Shown: one piece after another, positions 46,821 to 54,959 of the stretch | How the letters are laid out: every line of letters begins with the position of its first letter | How positions within the stretch are numbered: the stretch's first letter is position 1 | Assembly (NCBI GenBank): GCA_964493765.1 | Contig: CAZBPK010000131.1 | Location: 19,875 to 83,874, forward strand | Direction: 5' to 3' | Length of the DNA stretch: 64,000 nt | DNA from: an uncultured Bacteroidia bacterium | Lineage (GTDB): Bacteria > Bacteroidota > Bacteroidia > J057 > CALLMJ01 | Notes under the pieces: model-generated | Database searches by the model: none | What the model saw: only the letters and a program-made list of their open reading frames with translations | Told to the model about the DNA's origin: nothing | Program-made: the position numbers and the translations under genes

Positions 46821-46948
46821 GGGCGTGCCCCTTGCTTCGCTACGGGTCGGGCTGTTGCGGGCTTCGCTATCGCTTCGGCAATCCTTTGGTTGCTCATACT
46901 TCACAACCAAAGGCAGTGCCACTTCGTGCCCTCCACATCCCTCACGCT
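46821..46948 (+). repeat. GC-rich structured intergenic element, copy E (128 nt)
   Basis: GGGCGTGCCCCTTGCTTCGCTACGGGTCGGGCTGT...GGCAGTGCCACTTCGTGCCCTCCACATCCCTCACGCT. Lies 26 nt after the ackA-pduL stop, same orientation. Confidence 0.9.
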
Positions 46949-47002
46949 TATCCCCTAATTAAATAGCCAAAACCTTTCTTGCTTTTACTTTATATTTTCT
47001 TT

Positions 47003-47809
47003 CTACTTTAATTTGAAAGTAATTGTAACTTTAGTTTTTTGGATTTTATCTTGTTCTATGGGTTCAAATTTCCATTTATAAATGGCTTTAATTCCAGCAT
47101 TTTTAAGTTCTGCATTAGAACTCAAAGTCAATGCTTTTACATTTTTTACCGTCCCGTTGGGAGCAATGGTAAATTCGTAGGTAATTTTAGCCTCTGCTTC
47201 AACTTCATAAACAGGTTTGGGTAAACTTATCGGTTTTCTACCCTGTAAACCTTCTTCTCCAGAACCAAAAGCATATAATCCATCATTATCTAAAATTCTT
47301 ACATCATCTCTACCATGGTTGCCTACTTGGTCACTATTTCCATGATTTGAACCTCCAGATGAATTGGAATTGCTATTTGTATTTGTATTTGTGGCTGGGT
47401 TATCGTTTTTTACTATTTCTTTAGGTTTCTCTTGATTTTGGTTTTTTTTATCTTTTTCCTTAGTTTCTTTTACAGGAGGAGAGGTAACCTCTGATTCTTC
47501 TGCTTCCCCTGATAAAGTGGCTTTTTCATTAGATGGAGAGGTTTTTACATTTTCTATTGCATTAGCTTTTCCTTCTCCTGGGTTGGGTGATGGGTCTTCA
47601 AAATTATTAACATTACCTGAACCTTCTACCCAATTTCCAAAATCTACTCCCCCTGAGCCTTCAGATAACACTTCAAACAAGGGTGGGTCAGTAGTTTCAA
47701 CAAAGGTCCATAGAAAACTTAGGATTAACAATAAAATAGCAAAAGTTACTGTTATACCTGCACTTTTTTGTTTAATTTTTTGATATTCTTGAAAAGGTAA
47801 TAATTCCAC
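47003..47809 (-). CDS. TonB-family C-terminal domain protein (energy transducer-like)
   Basis: N-terminal TM anchor, a low-complexity Pro/Glu/Lys/Asn linker, and a C-terminal TonB_C-like region (ITYEFTIAPNGTVKNVKAL...AGIKAIYKWKFEP). GTG start. Confidence 0.6.
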   Translation of the reverse strand: MELLPFQEYQKIKQKSAGITVTFAILLLILSFLWTFVETTDPPLFEVLSEGSGGVDFGNWVEGSGNVNNFEDPSPNPGEGKANAIENVKTSPSNEKATLSGEAEESEVTSPPVKETKEKDKKNQNQEKPKEIVKNDNPATNTNTNSNSNSSGGSNHGNSDQVGNHGRDDVRILDNDGLYAFGSGEEGLQGRKPISLPKPVYEVEAEAKITYEFTIAPNGTVKNVKALTLSSNAELKNAGIKAIYKWKFEPIEQDKIQKTKVTITFKLK

Positions 47810-47821
47810 AGCATAAAACTA

Positions 47822-47829
47822 CAAATTTA
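47822..47829 (-). promoter_or_regulatory. -7 promoter box TAaaTTTG (minus strand)
   Basis: Plus-strand CAAATTTA, 13 nt upstream of GTG 47809. Confidence 0.4.
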
Positions 47830-47982
47830 TTCTTGAATGAAATTATTGTTTATTTTGCTTAACTTACAAACTATTGAAATTGAAATTTTTAAAATATATA
47901 CTTTGTCTAAAAAATGATTTTTTAATGGTGTTTAAAAAAACAAATTAAAAAGATTATATTTTTAGATTCCAAAAAAATTAGC

Positions 47983-47990
47983 TATTTTTG
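47983..47990 (+). promoter_or_regulatory. -7 promoter box TAttTTTG
   Basis: 9 nt upstream of ATG 47999. Confidence 0.45.
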
Positions 47991-47998
47991 CAAAGGAA

Positions 47999-48757
47999 AT
48001 GGAATATAGATTAGTAAAAGAAGCGGGTTTTGATTATGTTGAGGAAGGTAATGGAGAACCTATTATTTTATTACACGGGCTTTTTGGAGCTTTAAGTAAT
48101 TGGACTTCTGTACTTAAATATTTTAAACAAAATTTTACAGTTGTAATTCCTTTAATGCCAATATATACAGCTTCTTTGGTTGAACCTAGTATTGAAGGTC
48201 TTACAGGTTTTATCAGCGATTTTATCCAATTCAAAAAATTTGATAAAGTAAACTTAATTGGAAACTCATTAGGTGGACATATAGCTTTATTTTATACTCT
48301 AAATAATCCCCATAAAACTTCTAAAATGGTTTTAACAGGAAGTTCAGGTTTATTTGAAGCCGGAATGGGACAATCTTTTCCTAGAAGGTCAAGCAGAGAT
48401 TTTATAAGAGAAAGAGTTGAATATACATTTTATAGTCCCAAAACTACTACTCAAGAATTAGTAAATGAAGTTTTTGAAATTGTAAATGATAATAATAAAG
48501 CTTTGAGAATCATAAAAATGGCAAGAAGTGCCCAAAGGCAAAATTTAGCTCATAAACTCAAAGAAATTCAATGTCCAACGCTTCTTATTTGGGGCTTAAA
48601 CGATAATATTACACCTGTTCCTGTTGCTCATGAATTTCATCGAAACATTAAAAATTCTCAATTAGCATTTATTGATCATTGTGGGCACGCCGCTATGATG
48701 GAACAGCCAGAACGGTTTAATCTCATAACAGAAAAGTTTCTTTTAAAAAAATCATAA
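47999..48757 (+). CDS. Alpha/beta-fold hydrolase
   Basis: HG oxyanion motif (LLHGLFG), nucleophile elbow GNSLGG, and a C-terminal His (CGHAAMMEQP). Confidence 0.8.
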   Translation: MEYRLVKEAGFDYVEEGNGEPIILLHGLFGALSNWTSVLKYFKQNFTVVIPLMPIYTASLVEPSIEGLTGFISDFIQFKKFDKVNLIGNSLGGHIALFYTLNNPHKTSKMVLTGSSGLFEAGMGQSFPRRSSRDFIRERVEYTFYSPKTTTQELVNEVFEIVNDNNKALRIIKMARSAQRQNLAHKLKEIQCPTLLIWGLNDNITPVPVAHEFHRNIKNSQLAFIDHCGHAAMMEQPERFNLITEKFLLKKS

Positions 48758-48760
48758 ATT

Positions 48761-49615
48761 ATGGATAATTTAACACCGTTAAACGCTTTGGTACCCAATT
48801 GGTTGCCTCAAATTCTTAAAAATAATAATCAATTTTTTCTTATTGCTGGTCCTTGCGCAGTAGAAAGTGAAGAGATTTGTTTTACGGTTGCTGAAAAACT
48901 TTTATCAATATGCCAGCCTTTAGGTATTCCTTTAATTTTTAAAGGTTCTTACAGAAAAGCTAATAGAACTAAATTGGATTCTTTTCAAGGTATTGGTGAT
49001 GAAAAAGCTTTAAATATATTAAGAAAAGTCAAAGAACATTTCCATTTACCCGTATTAACCGATGTTCATGAAAGTCATGAATGTGAAATGGCTGCAAATT
49101 TTGTAGATGTTCTGCAAATCCCTGCATTTTTATGTCGTCAAACAGATTTGTTAGTTGCCGCAGCAAAAACTAATAAAGTGGTAAATATCAAAAAAGGTCA
49201 GTTTGTTGCTGCAAAAACTATGGACTATGCAGTAGAAAAAGTACGAGCTTCTGGTAATTCTAAAGTAATTTTAACAGAAAGAGGAAATATGTATGGGTAC
49301 AGTGATTTAGTGGTGGATTATAGAAATATTCCATGGATGCAAGAATCTGGTTGCCCTGTGGTATTAGATATAACCCATTCTTTACAACAACCTAATCAAT
49401 CTTCTGGTGTTACTGGTGGGCGTCCTCAATTAGTTGAACTTATTGCTAAAGCTGGTATTGCTGCTGGTGTTAATGGAATTTTCTTAGAAACACATCCTAA
49501 CCCAAAAGAAGCAAAATCTGATGGTGCTAACATGATCCCTTTAGACCAAGTTGAAAAATTGTTAAATAAATTAGTGATTATTAGAAAAGCATATTTAGAT
49601 TCCTTGAATATTTAA
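48761..49615 (+). CDS. kdsA: 3-deoxy-8-phosphooctulonate (KDO-8-P) synthase
   Basis: IAGPCAVES, KGSYRKANRT, QIPAFLCRQTDL and ITHSLQ motifs. Confidence 0.9.
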   Translation: MDNLTPLNALVPNWLPQILKNNNQFFLIAGPCAVESEEICFTVAEKLLSICQPLGIPLIFKGSYRKANRTKLDSFQGIGDEKALNILRKVKEHFHLPVLTDVHESHECEMAANFVDVLQIPAFLCRQTDLLVAAAKTNKVVNIKKGQFVAAKTMDYAVEKVRASGNSKVILTERGNMYGYSDLVVDYRNIPWMQESGCPVVLDITHSLQQPNQSSGVTGGRPQLVELIAKAGIAAGVNGIFLETHPNPKEAKSDGANMIPLDQVEKLLNKLVIIRKAYLDSLNI

Positions 49616-49620
49616 AAACC

Positions 49621-50388
49621 ATGATTTTACCATTCTCAAAATACCATTCCACTGGCAACGATTTTATCATGATAGATAATCGTAATTTAGCTACTCAGCT
49701 CTCTCCTAAACAAGTTTATAATTTATGTCATAGAAGATTTGGAATTGGTGCTGATGGTTTAATATTTATTCAAAACCATAAAGATGCTGATTTCGAAATG
49801 GTGTATTTTAATGCTGATGGGAATTTAGGTTCATTTTGTGGAAATGGTTCAAGGTCTGCAGTTTTATTTGCAAAAAATATAGGTGCTATTGCTCGTTCCA
49901 AAGTGAAATTTATGGCTTATGATGGCTTACATGAAGCAGAAATATTCAATAATGGAATTAGAGTCTTAATGAATCCTTACAAAAACTATAAAAAACTCAA
50001 TGAAAGAGAATTTTTTTTAGATACTGGTTCTCCTCATCATGTAATGTTCGTTGAAGATGTTTTTAACTTTCCTGTACTAAATAAAGGAAAAGAGATTCGT
50101 GATTTTGAAAGATATCAACCTAATGGAACGAATGTAAATTTTGTTGGGGAGATAAAAGAAGGAATATTTGTTCGCACTTATGAAAGGGGCGTGGAAGATG
50201 AAACATTTAGTTGTGGTACTGGGGTAACTGCTGCAGCAATCTGTTTTTTAAAAATGAAAAATCATGAGCACGGTGAAGTGAATGTTTTTACCATGGGGGG
50301 TGATTTGAGGGTTATTATCAATTCAGAATTAGAAATCTTTTTACAAGGACCTGCTGTTGAGGTTTATACAGGTTTTGTAAATTTATAA
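49621..50388 (+). CDS. dapF: Diaminopimelate epimerase
   Basis: Two catalytic Cys motifs (FCGNGSR and FSCGTGVTA). N-terminal FSKYHSTGNDFIMID. Confidence 0.9.
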   Translation: MILPFSKYHSTGNDFIMIDNRNLATQLSPKQVYNLCHRRFGIGADGLIFIQNHKDADFEMVYFNADGNLGSFCGNGSRSAVLFAKNIGAIARSKVKFMAYDGLHEAEIFNNGIRVLMNPYKNYKKLNEREFFLDTGSPHHVMFVEDVFNFPVLNKGKEIRDFERYQPNGTNVNFVGEIKEGIFVRTYERGVEDETFSCGTGVTAAAICFLKMKNHEHGEVNVFTMGGDLRVIINSELEIFLQGPAVEVYTGFVNL

Positions 50389-50463
50389 TTTGATATTAAA
50401 ACGAATTTTTTTAGCGGGGTAAATTTTTAACCCTATTTTTTTTAATCATTTTTCTAAATTGAC

Positions 50464-50471
50464 TATCTTTG
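50464..50471 (+). promoter_or_regulatory. -7 promoter box TAtcTTTG
   Basis: 18 nt upstream of GTG 50489. Confidence 0.4.
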
Positions 50472-50488
50472 CACCAATTTTATAAAAA

Positions 50489-51334
50489 GTGAAGCTATAT
50501 ACCATAGAAACAGGTAGGTTTAAATTAGATGGTGGGGCTATGTTTGGTGTAGTTCCCAAAACTATATGGTCTAAAACCAATCCTTCTGATTCCAATAATA
50601 TGATTGAATTAGCAATGCGTTGTTTGTTAATAGAAGATGGTGATAAACTAATTTTAATTGACAATGGAATTGGAAATAAGTACAATTCAAAATTCCAATC
50701 TATTTATTCTGTTGACCATGAATCCTCAAATTTAGAAAAAAGTTTAAATTCTTTGGGTTTTCAAAAAAATGATATTACCGATGTAATTTTAACTCATTTA
50801 CATTTCGATCATGCTGGCGGTTCTACAGAATGGGATAGTAATCAAAATCCTATTCTTGCTTTTCCTTATGCAAATTATTGGGTGCAAGAAAAACATTTTA
50901 GATGGGCTTTGAACCCTAATGACCGTGAAAAAGCCAGTTTTTTTGCTGAAAATATTCAACCTTTACAAGTTTCTCAACAATTAAAATTGGTAAAAGGTGA
51001 AACACAATTTAATGAATACATTCAACTTCTTTTAGTTAATGGACATACTGAGGCCCAACAGCTCCCTTTAATTACTTATAAAAATTATCAAATCCTTTTT
51101 GCTGGTGATTTATTCCCTACTTATGGGCATTTGCCTCTCCCTTATGTGATGGGTTATGATGTTAGACCCTTGGTTACTTTAGAAGAAAGAAAACTTTTTT
51201 TGGAAGAGTGTGTCAATGAAAATATTGTGATTTTCTATGAACATGATCCATACCATGAATGCGGCTTAGTAGGAATTGATGAAAAAGGTAAATATTTCTC
51301 TAAAGAAACATTTCCTTTAACCAATTTAACCTAA
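50489..51334 (+). CDS. MBL-fold metallo-hydrolase
   Basis: HLHFDHAGG (HxHxDH) motif plus downstream His/Asp ligands. Confidence 0.8.
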   Translation: MKLYTIETGRFKLDGGAMFGVVPKTIWSKTNPSDSNNMIELAMRCLLIEDGDKLILIDNGIGNKYNSKFQSIYSVDHESSNLEKSLNSLGFQKNDITDVILTHLHFDHAGGSTEWDSNQNPILAFPYANYWVQEKHFRWALNPNDREKASFFAENIQPLQVSQQLKLVKGETQFNEYIQLLLVNGHTEAQQLPLITYKNYQILFAGDLFPTYGHLPLPYVMGYDVRPLVTLEERKLFLEECVNENIVIFYEHDPYHECGLVGIDEKGKYFSKETFPLTNLT

Positions 51335-51753
51335 TGAAAGGTAGAATAGTTTCCATTGATTATGGTCTCAAAAGAACAGGTATAGCTTGGACTGACCCTC
51401 TTCAATTGATTGCTTCGCCTGTTGATTGTATTGATACGGATAAACTTAAAAATTGGTTGTTAGAAAAATCAAAATCTGAGAATTTCCATAGTTTTGTTTT
51501 AGGGTTTCCAACCAATTGGAATCAAACAGATACCCATATTACTGAAGAAGTAAGAGTTTTTCATCAATGGTTATTAGAAACTTTTCCTAATACAAAAGTT
51601 CATTTGTGGGATGAAAGATTTAGTTCTAAAATTGCGAAGAAAGCCATGTTAGAAGCTAATTTTTCTAAGAAAAAACGTTCAGATAAGAGACTTATTAATG
51701 CTATTGCGGCTACCATTTTATTACAAGAGTTTTTAGAAAATCAAAAATTATGA
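51334..51753 (+). CDS. ruvX: Holliday junction resolvase-like / pre-16S rRNA nuclease RuvX (YqgF)
   Basis: SIDYGLKRTGIA N-terminus, DERFSS motif. TAATG overlap with the upstream gene. Confidence 0.85.
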   Translation: MKGRIVSIDYGLKRTGIAWTDPLQLIASPVDCIDTDKLKNWLLEKSKSENFHSFVLGFPTNWNQTDTHITEEVRVFHQWLLETFPNTKVHLWDERFSSKIAKKAMLEANFSKKKRSDKRLINAIAATILLQEFLENQKL

Positions 51754-52568
51754 AAATGAAAATAACAGAGCAAGACTCTCTTTATGAGAATTTACACGAA
51801 AAAGATACACTAACTTTACTTCAAGAAATCAATGAAGAAGACAAAAAAGTAGCTTATTGTGTAGAAAAAGCTATCCCTCAAATTCATAAAGCAGTAGATG
51901 CTATATTTTTGAATATGGATAAAGGAGGAAAATTATTTTATATTGGAGCAGGAACTAGCGGTAGATTAGGAATTGTAGATGCATCTGAGTGTCCTCCGAC
52001 TTTTGGTGTTCCTTATGATTTAGTCAATGGTGTAATAGCAGGAGGAGATTCCGCTATACGTAAAGCTGTAGAAGGTGCTGAAGATGATACTCACCAAGCT
52101 TGGCAAGATTTATTCATTAAAGGTATTCAAAAAAATGATTGTTTAATCGGAATCTCTGCAAGTGGAACTACACCTTATGTATTAGGAGGTTTGATAGAAG
52201 CAAAAAAAAATGGTATTTTGACAGCTTGTATTACCAATAACCTTGACACACCAATTTCAAAATCGGTTGATTTCCCTATTGAAGTTCCCGTTGGTCCTGA
52301 ATATTTAACAGGTTCTACAAGAATGAAATCAGGTACTGCTCAAAAAATGATTTTAAATATGATTTCTACTTCCCTCATGATTAAATTAGGTCATGTTTTA
52401 GGAAACCAAATGATAGATATGCAACTATCCAATGAAAAACTTAAAATCAGAGCTTTACAAATGCTAATGAAGTTATCAAACTTGAATGAACATGAAGCTT
52501 TAGAGTATTTGAAAAAATATAAAAATGTAAGAAATGCTTACACAGCTTGGAAAAGTCTGAATGACTAA
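51750..52568 (+). CDS. murQ: N-acetylmuramic acid 6-phosphate etherase (SIS domain)
   Basis: FYIGAGTSGRLG..DASECPPTFG and TGSTRMKSGTAQK. ATGA overlap with ruvX. Confidence 0.9.
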   Translation: MKMKITEQDSLYENLHEKDTLTLLQEINEEDKKVAYCVEKAIPQIHKAVDAIFLNMDKGGKLFYIGAGTSGRLGIVDASECPPTFGVPYDLVNGVIAGGDSAIRKAVEGAEDDTHQAWQDLFIKGIQKNDCLIGISASGTTPYVLGGLIEAKKNGILTACITNNLDTPISKSVDFPIEVPVGPEYLTGSTRMKSGTAQKMILNMISTSLMIKLGHVLGNQMIDMQLSNEKLKIRALQMLMKLSNLNEHEALEYLKKYKNVRNAYTAWKSLND

Positions 52569-52652
52569 GTATATTAAAAAATAATAAAATTTTTGAGTTT
52601 AACAAAATAAAGTTGTATTTTTACCCGTTAAACAAGTAATAAAATTTACTGA

Positions 52653-54086
52653 ATGAAACACTTCAACTCTTACGATGATGACTTCGGTTTTCAATCCAAT
52701 GAAATTAATGAATATCAAATAAAATTTGAATCTATGTTAGAAAAAAATGAGTTTTCTTTCATGGATTCAGACCAAATTGAAGACCTATATCAATTTTATT
52801 GGATACATTCCAAAAAAGAGCTTTGCGATGAATTGCTCAATTTTGCCATAGAAATACACCCTTTAAACTCTGTTTTTTATGAGTATAAGTTTAATCAACT
52901 AATCTATTCAGAAAAATTACAAGAGGCTTTAGAATGGATTGAATATGCCATTGGCTATTTTCCTAGTAATTTCCCTATTTTAATGTTAAAAGGTAATGTT
53001 TTAAGAAAACTTTATCGTTATGAACAAGCTATTGAATGGTATTTGCAAATTATAGAATTGGCTGAAGATAAATCAGAAATTTATTATGCATTAGGTATGA
53101 GTCATTATGCACTTCAAAATCATGAAGATTTTATGTATTATTTGAATTTGGCTTTTAACGAAAAAAATGAAGATATTCAATTTTCTATTTTCAATCATAC
53201 CTTAACAACCTTTGATTACTCAACAAGTATTGAAATTTTAAATAATTTCATTGATTCGGATCCTTTTCATGCAGAATCATGGTATTATTTATGCCTTGTT
53301 TATTTCTACAATGGAAATTGGTCTGAGTCTTTGAAAGCAATTGATTATGCAATAGTTATCAATGAAAATAATATAGATTATTATATCCAAAAAGTTGAAA
53401 TCTTAATTAGCAATAATCAATTTCAAAATGCTTTAATGGTTTTATTTGAAGCACTCCAAATTGACGAAGAAAATGAAAATATTTTATTTTACTTAGGAGT
53501 TTGTTACCAAAATCTTGATAATTATGATGAAGGAAGAAAATTCTTTAAAAAATGTATAGATATTGATGATAGCTACTTTGATGCTTATGAGGGTTTAGCT
53601 GATTGTTTATATGAGCTAGAAAGATATAATGAAGCTCTTCATTATTACAAAGTTTACCTTGACAATACTGTCAATTTAGAAGTTTCACTTAAATATATTG
53701 ATTTAGAAATTGAATTAGAAAATTTTGGTTATGCTTTGGTTTATATTCAGGAACTTGAAAATTTATTTAATGATGATTTTTTAGAAATTGAATTGATTTT
53801 ACGAAAAACTTATATTGAATTTTTAAAAGAAAACGAGTTTATTTCTCACATCTTAAGAGAGAATTTTTATAGAGAATGTAAAGATGATGATAGTTCCTCT
53901 AAACTGATGTTTCAATCGGCTGCATTAAGTTTTGCGAATGGTTCTCGGAATATTGGATTTTTTTATTTAGAGAATGCACTTTTAAAATATCCAGAAAATT
54001 ATGAATATTTATACGATTATAATCCTGATTTATCAGAAGATGTTGAAATTCAATTAATTATAGAAAGTTATAAAAATACCAAATAA
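52653..54086 (+). CDS. TPR-like helical-repeat hypothetical protein
   Basis: 477 aa, rich in Tyr/Glu/Asn/Leu, with ~34-aa helical periodicity (A...Y......P.N-type repeats). Confidence 0.5.
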   Translation: MKHFNSYDDDFGFQSNEINEYQIKFESMLEKNEFSFMDSDQIEDLYQFYWIHSKKELCDELLNFAIEIHPLNSVFYEYKFNQLIYSEKLQEALEWIEYAIGYFPSNFPILMLKGNVLRKLYRYEQAIEWYLQIIELAEDKSEIYYALGMSHYALQNHEDFMYYLNLAFNEKNEDIQFSIFNHTLTTFDYSTSIEILNNFIDSDPFHAESWYYLCLVYFYNGNWSESLKAIDYAIVINENNIDYYIQKVEILISNNQFQNALMVLFEALQIDEENENILFYLGVCYQNLDNYDEGRKFFKKCIDIDDSYFDAYEGLADCLYELERYNEALHYYKVYLDNTVNLEVSLKYIDLEIELENFGYALVYIQELENLFNDDFLEIELILRKTYIEFLKENEFISHILRENFYRECKDDDSSSKLMFQSAALSFANGSRNIGFFYLENALLKYPENYEYLYDYNPDLSEDVEIQLIIESYKNTK

Positions 54087-54088
54087 AA

Positions 54089-54856
54089 ATGAACTTTGTA
54101 AATTTTGAAATTCCTAATTTACCTAAAAGAGAGCAAAAACCTAATAGAAACCTTGGTATTACCATGGTAATGGATAAAGGTTTATCTTTAAGAGAAGTTG
54201 AAAATTTGTTAGAAATTGGTCATGATTATATTGATTTAATCAAATTAGGTTGGGCGACTTCTTATGTAACCCCTAAACTAAAAGAAAAAATTGCATTGTA
54301 TCATTCCGCTAATATTCCTGTTTATTTTGGAGGCACTTTATTAGAGATTTTTTATGTGCGAAAAAGTGAGCATTTGTTTGAAAAAATATTAGAAGATTAT
54401 AAAATTACCCATGTAGAAATTTCTTCTGGAAGTTTAGATTTATCTGATAACGAAAAACTTGGCTTAATTTCTAAATATTCCAAAAACTATACCGTTCTAT
54501 CGGAAGTGGGTTCTAAAGACCCAAACAAAGAAATGGCTCCTTATAAATGGGTGGAATGTATCAAAAATGAACTACAAGCTGGTTCATGGAAAGTAATTAC
54601 AGAAGCACGAGAGGGTGGTAATGTGGGTGTTTTTCGTTCTGGAGGCGAGGTTCGTGATGGGCTTGTTGATGAAATTTTACATTCCATTCCTTATGAAAAC
54701 CTTATTTTTGAAGCTCCCAAAAAAGAACAACAAGTTTTTTTTATTAAACTTTTAGGTTCTAATGTTAATTTAGGCAATATTGCAACTAATGATGTTATTG
54801 GTTTGGAAACCCTAAGACTTGGTCTTAGAAGTGATACCTTCTTCACATTTTTGTAA
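54089..54856 (+). CDS. comA: (2R)-phospho-3-sulfolactate synthase (ComA family)
   Basis: Collinear similarity to archaeal ComA as I recall it: DKGL, YID..K.GWGTS, GGTL.E, EIS.GS, EAPKK.QQ, GS.VNL.NIA and LETLR.GLR.DTF. Confidence 0.8.
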   Translation: MNFVNFEIPNLPKREQKPNRNLGITMVMDKGLSLREVENLLEIGHDYIDLIKLGWATSYVTPKLKEKIALYHSANIPVYFGGTLLEIFYVRKSEHLFEKILEDYKITHVEISSGSLDLSDNEKLGLISKYSKNYTVLSEVGSKDPNKEMAPYKWVECIKNELQAGSWKVITEAREGGNVGVFRSGGEVRDGLVDEILHSIPYENLIFEAPKKEQQVFFIKLLGSNVNLGNIATNDVIGLETLRLGLRSDTFFTFL

Positions 54857-54937
54857 TTCATTGTGAGAATATTGGTTCCTCCAAATTAAATTTCCCAAAA
54901 AAATTTTGAAGAAATTATTCATTTTCTCTGAAATTTA

Positions 54938-54945
54938 TATTTTTG
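54938..54945 (+). promoter_or_regulatory. -7 promoter box TAttTTTG
   Basis: 15 nt upstream of ATG 54960. It lies inside the ORF-track extension that starts at 54906, which argues for the 54960 start. Confidence 0.45.
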
Positions 54946-54959
54946 CACTAAAATTATTT

